Shown: positions 36,011-48,427 of the stretch, one piece after another
Numbering within the stretch: position 1 is the first letter of the stretch
How the letters are laid out: every line of letters starts with the position of its first letter
Assembly: GCF_023055435.1 (NCBI RefSeq)
Contig: NW_025964334.1
Span: 22,134,001 to 22,198,000 of the forward strand
Length of the DNA stretch: 64,000 nucleotides
DNA from: Haliotis rufescens
Taxonomy: Eukaryota
Direction: 5' to 3'
Made by a program: the position numbers and the translations under genes
Notes under the pieces: generated by a model
What the model was told of the DNA's origin: nothing
Databases searched by the model: none
What the model saw: only the letters and a program-made list of their open reading frames with translations

Positions 36011-36493
36011 TCCATTGGTTAGAGCAAATTTGACATCTTGATTCGGTGTTCGAAATTTTGCATTTAGCAAGGATGCTTGACATTACTATTCCTTATTGAA
36101 ATATATTGATCCTTATAGCAATATACACAAGCTGTGAACTTCTAGGACCCCAGGACCCAAACATTGCAGATGCGGGTACAGAAAGCAAGGGCAAGTAGTC
36201 AAGGCCAAAGACCTTGGTTCCCATTCCCACATAGGTACAAAGTGTGAAGCATAATCATGATAGTTCCTGTCCTGATCTTGTTAAAAGATGAGTAAACCAT
36301 ACTCACAGTGGCGTAAAAGCATATTCACTCACTCACTCCATTGAACATAATAAAACCGCAATTTAATCTAATGTCATTGACCTTTTTGAGTAAAATACTG
36401 AAAAGTATAAATTTGTCCTTAATCTTTGCAAGATTTTATGGGAATTGCATTTATAATAGAAAACAATATGAGAAATGGGAACTGCTGAAATAT

Positions 36494-36528
36494 GGTCTTA
36501 GGTCTTAGGTCTTAGGTCTTAGGTCTTA
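36494..36528. repeat. (GGTCTTA)5 heptanucleotide repeat
   Basis: Five perfect units. Confidence 0.9.
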
Positions 36529-37531
36529 TGGCAAGCTAATCAGTGACATCCTCCAGTTTAGTATTGGAAGTGTGACTAGGCAAACAGAATGTATTCCCCA
36601 GCAGAGGCTGATGTGCTCCTGCTGTAATGTGGTTGTAATTAGGACTCTGGCTTCTCATGGGAATGGCATGTCGATGGACCTAAACAGTTATTATTTTTTT
36701 ACTCCCATTCTCCTCAGAGTGTTTAAACTTTCTCTCTGGCCGAAGAGCCTACTACAAGTATTGGAGCATTAGTATCTCGTTAACAGTGCTTATTTTTGAG
36801 GGGGATAACAGTCATTATCATCCTTTGCATTTCTTGTTGTAAAAAGGATCACTTGACATGTGTTGTTTTAAAAACGTAAGCTCTGGATGATGTCTCAATT
36901 ATCAAACAGATCTCTGAGGCAGCTTTAGTTGTTAGTTATTGATGTTGGCGCCATTTGATTTCGTAGATATATATGGCGATACTGAAGTTGTTTAAGAAGA
37001 CAGAAATAATAAATCAATAGTTTTAGAAATATGCAGCATCGTGGATAACATGGATCACTTGCCTGACCCCTGAAGCAATCTGCTCCTTGTTAAACATTTG
37101 AAGGTGTGTAAACATTTCCAAAGTCAGCCTTTGGTTAATACTTGGACCAGTGCTTAGAAACATTTTCCCTGTTGCATGGCGCTAATGAAATCGCTAGTGT
37201 CAGACATAGCTAGTCATTACAGGCTAATATAGCTAAAATGGATAGAATTATCATTAAACCGCCGCATGTAATCAAAAATGAGTGGGCCACTGTAACTTGA
37301 TAATGCCCTCATATTTCTTGATGAAGGGCCATTATCATGCCCATTGTTAGGTAACATCATAGGGATAGGATAGATGATGTCACGTTCAATAGTGACGTCA
37401 TCTGGTTTGTTCTATGACGTTTCCATATTTGTAAAAGTGGGTCAATGACATTCGTGCTGATTGCAGTATATGTTTCAAAAACCGATATTGTTGTTTCTTT
37501 TTATTTCATAACAAATTCCATCCATTTTAGC

Positions 37532-37677
37532 TATAATAACGGTAACACTCTTTTTGAGGGCATTATCATTTGCAGAAGCCCTCGGTCTTTTCAGCTGCCC
37601 TCCTTCGTCAGCAAGTTAATGGAAGACCTCGGGCTTCTGCAAATGATAATGCCCTGAAAAAAAGCCTTACCCTTATA
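37532..37677. repeat. Long hairpin, probably part of a non-autonomous DNA element
   Basis: Perfect 25-bp arms at 37557-37581 and 37631-37655, with imperfect extension outward. Confidence 0.85.
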
Positions 37678-38580
37678 GTGAGGAGATATAAGGATGACTT
37701 ATTTTTCCAAAAATGAAGTATTGCTATGCAAGCAACTTGTCCTAACTGGACTAACCTCATGGTGTCTACCCCTGAATGGATTTCAGAATTCTGTCTGTAA
37801 CCATTTCAGTGAAATACATGTTTCCACAAACCGGAAAGTGTGATTAAGATGGTTGAGCTCATATATTTGAATGTTTGAGCTGTTATTGGGGAATGATTTA
37901 TCACATCAAAGTACTGTCAGGAACCTTAAGCTACTTTTTTACCTTCTTCGAGGTTAATGATAGTTGGTTTCTCATATAAGGGTTTTAGGAAGCATTAACG
38001 ACCAATCTTCCTTTTGAAAAACATGTCCACAGAATCAACAGAACATCTATAAATAATCAGGTAGGGAACACGTGCAGAGAGAAGTGGCTCCGTGATCTAC
38101 ACACACTAAGTTCTGGGAGGATTCGCTGGTTAATTGCTTCTCTCTGTGCCTACCCACATATGCTCATTATATGTAAGGGGGTTCGGCAAATGGCACACTG
38201 TTTGCATCGCACTTTCAACCATTTGGCCATGTTTGTGCCAGACCTGCCATACCCATGATGGTCGGTGAGAGGGGCTATAACTGTTGTCTGCATACAGGTG
38301 GATACCACATACAAACATAAATACACTCACACGGTGGTAGAGGTGGGAAGTTGGCATAGTTTCTACTTCTAACATAATGCTGTTACTCCTTCTAACATCC
38401 TTTATCTGTGTGATCCCCCATGTTGGTTGGATCCTTAAATGTAAGCACCATACCTGAACACTGTGGTCTCAGGTGCCACAACTTACTGTGCAGAGTTGTG
38501 TCCCTTAACCATGCATGATCTTTGGTTTTTAACCCAGTTGAACCTGGTTATGATCTTGGGTCTGTTATCACCTAACAAAT

Positions 38581-38932
38581 CAGTGTTCCAAATCAGCGGG
38601 GCTCCTGGAGTCCATGAGGGGCGGTCGGGTAGCCTAGTGGTTAAAACGTTCCCTCGTCACGCCGAAGACCTGGGTTCGATTCCCGACATGGGTACAATGT
38701 GTGAAGCCCATTTCTGGTGTCCCCCGCCGTGATATTGCTGGAATATTGCTAAAAGCGCATAAAACCAAACTCACTCACTCACTCACTCACTCACTCACTC
38801 ACTCACTCACTCACTCACTCACTCACTCCTGTAGTCAATGAAGTTTTCTGTGGTATATGAATCGGGGGAACCCTTAATTTTTTAACTTGAACATCAGGGT
38901 TCGAGCTCTTTCATGCTTAATTTCGAACACTG
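38581..38932. mobile_element. MITE family F
   Basis: Termini CAGTGTTCCAAAT and ATTTCGAACACTG. Confidence 0.6.
38618..38825 (+). mobile_element. SINE family A with long (CACT)n tail
   Basis: TSD CTCCTG(G/T)AGTC(C/A)ATGA at 38602-38617 and 38826-38841. Confidence 0.93.
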
Positions 38933-38957
38933 CTACTGTTAATGAGTTTCACCAAAG

Positions 38958-39057
38958 TTGCATAAAAGAACCTTAGCACTACGACTGTCATAAGTCTATG
39001 TTAAGGTATGGGAGTTACGATCACCTTAGCGCTAAGATTGCTTTGTACAATGTCACC
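38958..39057. mobile_element. MITE family G, opposite orientation to 8214
   Basis: CTTAGCACT...CTATGTTAAGGTATGGG...CTTAGCGCTAAGATTGCTTTGT; right flank CAG. Confidence 0.7.
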
Positions 39058-39336
39058 CAGGGCTGCATCACGTTTGGTTCTTCATTTGGCTTGAACCTGT
39101 CATGCCATGACTCAATAGTTTTGACAGCAGTGTTAAACCCAACTCTCTCTCTGACTCACAGGTATTGCAGTAGTTTAATAATGAATCTATGGCACCTGCA
39201 GTGACATGCCATGAAAGAAGGTATTGACTCTTGGTGACGGTATCATTTGGTTGGTTTTGTCGTCTGTGTAGTGGCGACTCTAAGGGAAGGTCAAGACATT
39301 GCATGATGTTTAGTGCTTCTTTTTCATGTCTGTTTT

Positions 39337-39617
39337 GGAGGCACGGGTGGCCCAGGCGTCTAAGGCGCCGCGATTCGCCGTGCAGAGTTGCGTCCTTTGG
39401 GCACGCCAGAAACCTATGGTTGTGGGTTCGAATCCCGGTTCACCCCCATTATGTTTCTAGGTTTGTCAGCACCGTACCCGTGCTCGTAGGTTTCACCGAA
39501 GTGGTAAACGTCTGAGACCTGCATCACTTTGGGCTTTCCTCCCACATTAAGCTGACACGCCGCGATATAACTGGAATACTGTTAAAAGCGGCATTAAACT
39601 CAACCCACTCACTCACC
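39337..39617 (+). mobile_element. SINE family B, near consensus
   Basis: Full length; TSD CATGTCTGT at 39325-39333 and 39618-39626. Confidence 0.92.
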
Positions 39618-42606
39618 CATGTCTGTATTACAATGGTAAGAGAACATGTTTTCTAGATCCAACAAGATTGGAAAAAAAATGCACATTTCATTTATTTGAT
39701 TTGATGTCACTGTTAAATTTTGTCAATATCTGTTAGCATCTATCGTGTCCTGAAGGATTTAATGTTTGTTGTACAAAATCTTCCTTTGAAAGGTTTTAGC
39801 ATTAGGGATTGTCTGTGGAGATTATTATACAAGCATGTGTGTCATTCTGATTTTGCAAAATGAGTGTCAGAATTTGTGTATTTCCTAAGCGAGAGGGAGA
39901 GTAATACATGAATTCTTACACAAATTTTGTAAATCAGTTTGACACACATGCGAGTGTAATATTTTCTTTATTACCCATTATTTCTTAATCCTTTTGAACT
40001 CCCCTTTAGAGAAATGAATTGATCACAACGGCTGTCTTATGTTAACTACAATTGTCGAATGACGTCGAGCATCTTCAGCACGTCATTTCTGGTGTGATGT
40101 CATGCCATGCCCACCATACATCACAATATGATTTGAATGACGCCAACAGTGCTGTCCATATGATGTAAAACACCACACAAGTGTATGTGAAGGGATATTT
40201 ACGCAAATGCATAACAATTTTTATGAACTTGGTTATTTCTAACCCTATGGGGAATATAAAAAGCTGTTTCTGTTTTGTTCTTCATGATGGCTTAATGCCC
40301 ACAATGGATTAAATGGTGAACACCTTTTAAGATTTTCAATAAGATAAATTGAGATTTGCTGTCTCAGCAGATTTCTATATGGTTGCATAAAGTCAGAAAG
40401 CAATGATTTATTCTCCTATAAGTATGTGTAACGGTACATCAGAAAACCACATCGGAATATATTCCATCCCTGTTGCTATAGTGACTGTATGTGGGTCCAT
40501 ATTCTATGGAGAAGTGATTTTGATTCCTCGAAGATATCTTGGCTGCTGAAGATGAGTCTATTGATTTGGAACTGCTCCTCATAGCCTCCTGACCTTGGCG
40601 CCAGCCATAGGCCACGATTGGCCACCACACTCTGTGGCGTTGAAGTATTGAACTTTGTATACACTTGCAGACAAACTGGGCTGTCAACAAGCAACAGTCC
40701 TCTTAAGATATTGTAGAAATAGTTCAATAGTGCCTGAGCCAGTTAATAGGGTACCCATGGGGCATTGACTTTGGGAGGCGTCCTCTGTTTGAATCTTCCT
40801 GCGGCAAATGGGGAAATTGAATCAATATCTCTTCACTGATATCATGTAACCAAACACAGCATGAAATGAGGACTTAAACTATAGCATCCTGAAGTTAATG
40901 CTTGTTTGTTGTATTTTGTTATGCCAGTTTTCATTTCTAAGCTTCTGAAAAGGATAATTAATGGTAAACCATCATACATTCTCTGTCAACTACAGTCTTT
41001 TTTACTGGGTGTATGTCCTGAACTGCTATTTTAACATTTAGTGGTGATTGATTTTAGAAAAATAATTGTGGAGTAGTGGAGTTAAAGCTGGTTTCTCAGC
41101 GCACGTAAGTGTATTGATTTCCGACTTAGCCACTAGTCTGGTAAATTTTATTTCAGTCATGCAAGCTCAGCTAATGATATCCATACATCGTGATTAAAAT
41201 CTAGAGAAACTGATGCCAGAAGACAAATCTGGACAAGTAGACTTAAAAAGTTTGGATTGCACAAACTGTGCTGTGCACTTTCCTTATTTGTAATCAATTT
41301 AGGCAATTTCATTCAAGAATTGTTTTCCTGATCAAACAAATGGCATGGTTTATTCAAAGATAAATACCTAGACAAATGTGGTAAACGGCATCCAAGAATA
41401 GCTATTGCCCAAAGATCAAGTAGCTGACCCCATCAAGGCTGCCCTTACTTGGGCTGTAATAAGCAGAAAGAGCTTTTAACTATTAAATAATTGTGCCTTC
41501 ATTTTGGTATGAAACAGCAGAAATGAGCTACTGTTTGAATATATGTGGTTTGAAGTCTTTGCACCAATACTTTCATTCAAATGAACTCATGCCCATGTAG
41601 GAGCCTGCCTCGCCAAATTTAGTTTTCATCATCAAATTTCTACAAGGAGAATTTTGCTCGACCCCTTGACCCATGGGCTAACATCTGCATACATATAGAG
41701 CGTTTGCTGTGACACTGAATTTAGAAGTAATGTGATTTTATGAACACAGGATGTCTGTCTGGAAGATTCTGAATCTGCCATTGATGACATGGAAAATGAG
41801 CATGGACTTACTCTCTCCCCCATCCTCGCACCTACCCACCCACCCCTGGCCTACGAAAAGTATGTTCTCCCCTCCCCCTCCCCCTCCCCCTCCCCCCATC
41901 TTGGCCTGGAACTGGCAAGTTGATGGCCTGGAACTGAATGTCATTGTCAGACATTTTGCAAGTAGACAGTTTTTCAATATATATGTAGGATGTTGTATTA
42001 TGTTACATAAGATCCCATTAGATTCCGTCCACTGGTTGATATGATGATTGTTTTGCTTTATCTGTCAACAGTAACACCTGGTTCTTTCTGGCAAATTCAG
42101 ATGCAAACAGTGAATTCCACCATGACAATGCCACCTGATACTTGCTTTGGTGCTGTTTTATTATGCTTGATGTCTACCTGGAGGTGATATATCAGTCCAG
42201 ACTGAATAGGTCATATTTTCAGTCCAGACTGAATAGGCCCATGTCATTGAATAGGGCCATGCCATATTGTCATAATGTCAATGATATTTGACTATCGAAC
42301 AAAACAAATTCTCAGGGTTTAAATGGGGGTCCTGAGTATTGACTAACATTTAGTTAGCATATGTGAAAATATATATTGACAAAATACGAAATAAAATCCA
42401 AATTGCACCCAGCACAATGCTTAATTTCAGAGCTGAGGCAATCTAAACTTGTCAAATCATTTAAGACTTTAGTTGGAGTCAATTTTTATTCTCAGGGATC
42501 TGGGAGACAGACTAGTGGGTCATGGCGTTCTTGAGGTCTGCTTTTGTATTATTTAAACTTTTAACTTTGAAATTTAGGGGGTCCTTGGACTTTGTTCCTA
42601 AATCAT

Positions 42607-43010
42607 TAACAGGATCGGGTGGTCAGGCTCACTCACTTGGTTGATGCAGGTCATATCCCAATTGCGTGGATCAGTGCTCAGGATGTCAATCACTGGATTG
42701 TCTGGTTCAGACTCGATTATTTACAGACCGCAATCATATAGCTGGAATATTGCTGAGTGTGGCGTTAAATAATAAAAAAACAAATAAACAAAACATTTTC
42801 TGTCAGTTTTATTCACTTCAAATTTGTAGTAAAATGAAGCATTGAGAAGTGGTTCAAAATTGGGGCCAAAGAACAATTTTGGGCGAGCAAACTAACGTGA
42901 ATTTTGAAGGCTGTATAAAGGATGACTAATACAAGGAATCAAGTATGTCATTGTGTCAATGAGTCAGCAATATTGTTAGTTATATAACAACAAACACACA
43001 AGCAAACAGA
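42607..43010 (+). mobile_element. 5'-truncated family C copy carrying ~200 bp of the 3' flank of the 19667 copy (3' transduction candidate)
   Basis: 42607-42989 aligns with 19750-20147 through and beyond the tail, then a second AAC/AAAC-rich tail follows. Confidence 0.8.
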
Positions 43011-44581
43011 CATTATCGTTTAACATTATCCTTATGACATGGACATGAGTTATTCCAAACAGACCCTAGAGAATAAATTTTAAAAAAAGTCCAATTCATG
43101 TCTAGAATGATTGGGCAAGTCTAGATTGCCTCAGCTCAGGAGTGTTTTTTTTTTTGGGGGGGGAGGGATCCATTTGGATTTTATCATTTTTATTTTGTTG
43201 ATATATATATTTTGAAATAAGATTATTTATTCCCAGGACTGAAAGTTAGTCTACCACTAATTGTGAGACTAAATTATAGTCAACCACATCTCCTACTTTG
43301 AGGATAGGCAGCATCTATAGATTACTGGCTGTGACCTAGTTTGTAAGTACTGGTGGAGGTTCTGGCATACCATACATGTACATGGCTGTATTAGAAGTCT
43401 GACAATGGAGTTCAGACAGCTGTCACACATGGAAACAGGTGCTGCTTTGTCTGCCAATGCAAGTAGACCACAGATAATGGAGCATACCATCACTGCAGCA
43501 TTAGAACATGTACCATTTGTTGGCAAGTATTGTAAACCAATTGCAGCAAGTATCGGCAGTATTTCAAAAGAAACAAAGTTTAAGTATCTTATACATGGTC
43601 TGCTGTCACTCAGATTTTCCTGACATGATTTATTGCTGTTCTGGCATGTCATTCATTATGGCATATGCTAATATAAGCCAATATATGATGCAATACTGAA
43701 CGTGCAATGTAGAGGGTAGTTGGGAAGGTTTCGATCTGCATTAAACATTTTTAAAGTGGTGACATATCAGCCTTCTCAGGCATTTATCTAGACCTGCTAA
43801 GAGGTTGATATCTGGCTCAAAGTCTGCAGCAAATATTGGCAAACATTTCCAAATTCAGAAGTTTCCCAATTTGATGTTTCTACTTATTACTATACATTTG
43901 CTTGACAACGGTGTTAAAACCTACACTGAAACATCGCTCTTAATTGAAATAAAGAAGTTGTTCATCCATAAGTTCTTATCCTTACTTCGTACTCCAACTT
44001 CTAAATGCCGATCAAAGAAGTTATAACTATACAGCTGTATCTAATCTGATGCTTTCGTGGGGTTGACTTGTATTTCCCTGAAGAAGAGGCTTCATTTCTT
44101 AGTTTTATATTATTGCATCAAATGTAATATTAATAATATACAATAAAAGACCCCTGCATTTAAGGAAAATAAGAACCTTTGAACAAAATAATGTTTCTAA
44201 AGTTGCTTGCCAAGGGTACTTTCTTTGGAATCCTAGGTCAATCCAAGCATCCAGTGAAAATGTTTATTTGTTTATGTGGAATAAACATACAGTACCAGTA
44301 GATGTCATTAATCCTGCCAGAATATGTCTCCTTATATAATATGTTGTGGCTTTTTGTTTGTCAGAATAACCTATGTGGTAAGAATGGGCTTCATGAATAG
44401 CATCTTGATTTTCCGTGCCATTGAGCATTGCAATCAGCATTTGATAATGGAACATTTTCCAGAGAATGGTCAGATTGTCATCAGCCATGACACATTCAGC
44501 AGGAAACAAAGCTGTTGCATCCTAACTAGTGAGTCATGGTTTGGTCTATATTACAGACCCCAGGGCCTTCATTTCATATTG

Positions 44582-44747
44582 GGGGCGGTCGGGTAGCCTA
44601 GTGGTTAAAGCGTTCGCTCGTCACGCCGAAGACCCGGGTTCGATTCCCAACATGGGTACAATGTGTGAAGCCCATTTCTGGTGTCCCCTGCCATGATATT
44701 GCTGGAATATTGCTAAAATCGGCGTAAAACCATACTCACTCACTCAC
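44582..44747 (+). mobile_element. SINE family A
   Basis: Perfect TSD TCATTTCATATTG at 44569-44581 and 44748-44760. Confidence 0.94.
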
Positions 44748-45035
44748 TCATTTCATATTGCAGTCACCCCAGTTCTATTCCGGTCCTCATCCTCTTCTCA
44801 ACTCTATCAGCTAATACCTGTCCCATTCTCAGCTCTGAAGTTAAGAGACTCAAGGGTTCCTTTACACTGGAGGTTGCCTTATAGAATTATTTATATTTAA
44901 CCTCATTCATAGCTGTATTTCAGGGACTATGTGTCAGTCTACCCATGGTGGTTCCAGTTAATGTAGGCCTGCATTGTCCTGTGCTTGTCTCCTCATGAGG
45001 ATTAAACGCCAGAATGGGTCCCTTGTATATCATTC

Positions 45036-45430
45036 GACCGCTCCATGGTCTAGTTGGTGGAGCATCAGCCCGGAGACGTACCGAAAGAGGGTCCTTGTTT
45101 TACATTGCCCTAGGGGTATAAAACAAGGACTGGTCGGCTCAGTCGGTATACTGTGTCTGAATGGGGTATCCATGTTAAACTACGACATTTTTTCTCAGTG
45201 GGCTTGCACTATAAAAATCAGCATTAGTCCGAACTAGTATAAACATGTACACGCACATGCACACGAACATGCACACGCCGATGCCACAACAAACAACACA
45301 ACACACACAAAAATGCTGAAAGAGCAGAAATGTTAAGCCGCTCCGGACAACTGGTTTATCCAAAATTTGATTAATTACAGACCGTGTTATACAGCCGCAA
45401 TATTGCTGAATGCAGCATTAAACAACAAAA
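45036..45430 (+). mobile_element. SINE family D (internally deleted) followed by a family C 3' fragment
   Basis: GACCGCTCCATGGTCTAG head; ACAAGGACTGGTCGGCTC...GCACTATAAAA; C tail at 45345-45430. Confidence 0.65.
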
Positions 45431-46410
45431 CTGGTGGCAACTCCAAATCTTACATTTTCTGCGCATGCTTATAACAATATCTCTATACTGACTATTAAAT
45501 TCATCATTCCAGTACTATGTGATTACTGCCCTCCCTGTTGGTGCAGTTATTTTAGAAGCTATTACCTCTGGAGTCAGGACGACTTCCAACACAGTAACTA
45601 CTCCCAAACTCCAATACTGTGAACGGTACACAAAATAAATTAGCATTAGTAATACTAGTGTAAAACCCGGTGTCATCTTTTGTCATCTAAATTGACAGAT
45701 ACTCCCAGCTGTCAACGGCGAATGACGTCAATACTGCCTTCCACAGATAATAGGGCGCCCTCTGCAACGATTGCTTGCTGGAGTAAGATGTCAACCCATC
45801 TCATTTCTACACTCGCCGTTACACTGTAATCAACTATAAAGGCCCATGTTGACAGTCCCATGTACTGACCGATATTTTTGCCGATTGTCTGTCTCTGGTG
45901 CCAGTCGTGATGTTGCTGATGCCTGGAGGAGTACCCCTGCTTAATGGCCAGAACCAACATGAAAGTTATTGGCTCATCTGTTGACTTCTGGGAACATGAT
46001 TATCTGACTGTTATTTGGACAGTGGCCCAATTGGCCCAGCAACTTGCTCCGCTTTCAAACTGATTGTGTCTGTGAACAAGGTGCAGTTGACTACCATATG
46101 ACCAGACAAACATTTATTAAACTGACGATTTGACCAATCAAACAATTTTTAATCAGAACGCTTGAGCAGTCGAAAATGAATTAATTGGAAAATTTAGCCA
46201 GTCACACGATAATAAACTGGACCTATTGGCCTGTCACACTTTGAACTATTACCCAGTCAAACATTAATTGACCAGAACTTTTGGCAAGTCAAACATTTTT
46301 TCAAACGGAACACTTGACCAATAGGGTGATCATTGTCCTCCTACACACCCAATGTTTGTGTTCTCACACAACTTTCATTACTACTGGGTATAAGTTTTGT
46401 GTTTAATGTG

Positions 46411-46912
46411 CCTCCTCCAGGGTGTAGTGGGATGAGCACCTGCCCAGAGAGGGTAAGGTCAGTGGGTTCGGTTCCCTGGCCGCATCATACCAGAAGACAC
46501 TAAAAGATGATACTTGTTTTTACCCTGCCGGGCACTCATAATTAAAGGCAGTCAGCTTAATGTGTGTGAGTAGGGTATCCTTGTTAAACTGGTGCATGGT
46601 ATCTCATTGATCAGACGGGTCGGTCGGGTGGCCTAGTGGTTAAAGCGTTCGCTCGTCACGCCGACGACCCGGGTTCGATTGCCGACATGGGTACAATGTG
46701 TGAAGCCCATTTCTGGTGTCCCCCGCCGTGATATTGCTGGAATATTGCTAAAAGCGGCGTAAACCCATACTCACTCACTCACTCATTGATCAGACACTAT
46801 AGAACCTGCATAAGTCCGGACTAATATAGCCAACCACTTACACATGTGCATGCATGTATCTGTATAAGTGAAATAACTTTAAATGCGATGTTAGACCACA
46901 TTTTACTTCACT
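46411..46912 (+). mobile_element. SINE family D with nested SINE A
   Basis: tRNA-like head with GGTTCGGTTCC, core CATCATACCAGAAGACACTAAAAGATGATACTTG; the 3' part resumes after 46795. Confidence 0.75.
46617..46781 (+). mobile_element. SINE family A
   Basis: Perfect TSD CTCATTGATCAGAC at 46603-46616 and 46782-46795. Confidence 0.94.
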
Positions 46913-48258
46913 TTAATGCTTCATGAGAAACTGGTGCTTTCTGTGAATTAAACGTGTGATGCATATTTTCATAAATTGTATGCAGTAGTTTACCTTCTAA
47001 ATGCATATTAAGAAGAGACGAGGTAGCCAGTTCATGTACCATGACAGAGATTGATTCCTCAAATGATCTTCACATTTTCAGTCCATTCATCCTCTATGAG
47101 GCTGAAAAATGGCTAAAATTATCATGAAAACCTACTCACTCACTAGAATTTCTTAAACATGTTCTCTCTTTCTGGCTTTGAAGATTTTTGAAAATAGATT
47201 GTTTTATTGCTGTTTGCTGATCCATAATAACTCATTAATTGATTTCCTAACAAAAATATAATCATTCAGAGAAAGAAATATAAATGACCCACCCGAATAA
47301 GATTTGAAAGATCGCATTTCTGTAGGGAAACTTCCATCCTCATCAGTCTACAGATTCTATATGTTGGTAAAGTGATTGAATAGAAGGCAATGAAATGTCC
47401 TCGTTTCGTGGGTCGTGGATATTGAATATTGCTTCCAGGCCCTGAAATGGTTTGTGTAAATGAGCAAATTTAAAAGGTGTATGATCTTTGCAAGCAATCA
47501 GGCAATTAGTTACAGCAAATTTAGCGAGTCACAGCATTAACGAAATAATCGTGAGCAACACAGCACCACAGATCTGGCAATGTGAAATATTGATTTTGTA
47601 TGAAGTTAGACACGAGAATACTAGTTGTCAGAATAGCATCGGCATGTATGTTTGTGTCCGTAGCGTGCAGCGCCAATAATGTAGTATTAGTTGCTTAGTA
47701 TCATTGGCTTACAGCAAGATTATTTTGCATCAGAATATATCGTACTATTTGCATTCTTGCGACTGTGAAATGTTAGATTTAGAAGATCAATACGACTGGC
47801 TAAAAGATTGGTGGAAGCTATTTTGGCTAGGGCAGAGTAGCATGTAAGTTGGGAGGCTACGCCATTGATTTGTAGATGTTTCAGCCATAGGAGAAATTGT
47901 TTGCACATAGATACCCATGACTGGAAGATCAATGGTTTGTTAATTAACCCAGATATGTGATCATGATGATCTGCTTGTGGAAGCAAAATGTTCCTCCTGG
48001 GTAGAAGGAAAAAGGATCCAAACATGTACTGAAATAGCTAATGCAAATCTACATCATTTGGGGGTAACCAAATAAACAAAATTCAACTGTGGTATTCTTG
48101 TGAGTGACTTCAGATTAGAATGTTTGAATCTTTGTAAAGATGGAATGGGGTTATTATTGGCCCATATGTTGCAGGGATAAACACGGCAACTTCTCTGTTT
48201 CACATATGGGATGATTTTTTTTATGTTATAACATGTTGTGAAGTTCATTCATTGTTGA

Positions 48259-48427
48259 GGGGCAGTAGAATAACCCTGCGGTTAAAGCGTTGGCTTGTCA
48301 CACCGAAGACCTGGGTTCAATTTCCCACATGGGTACAATGTATCAAGCACATAATTGGTGTCTGCATCGTGATTTTGCTGGAATGTTGCTAAAAGCGGTG
48401 TTCAACCATACTCACTCACTCACTCAC
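48259..48427 (+). mobile_element. SINE family A, older copy
   Basis: Diverged but full length; TSD TCATTGTT. Confidence 0.85.

Larger units (their letters stand above)
38463..39160 (+). mobile_element. Old SINE family B broken by MITE F (itself holding SINE A) and MITE G
   Basis: Collinear B pieces at 38463-38572, 38933-38957 and 39061-39160. Confidence 0.6.

Noticed and set aside
35848-36083. Recurrent small ORFs (SEYGFTPLL.., GRSGSLVVKAF.., MLMISITGLSGPD..) as a gene family
   Set aside because: They are translations of SINE A, B and C copies.
36494-36528. Interstitial telomeric repeat
   Set aside because: The unit is the 7-mer GGTCTTA, not TTAGGG, and there are only five copies.
40439-40727. 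Two overlapping 83-aa minus-strand ORFs in balanced-composition DNA
   Set aside because: No identifiable motif or exon boundaries.
43293-43699. 119-aa Cys-rich ORF and a KFKYL motif on the opposite strand
   Set aside because: No recognisable domain, non-ATG start and no convincing splice signals. It may be decayed transposon coding DNA; blastx is needed.
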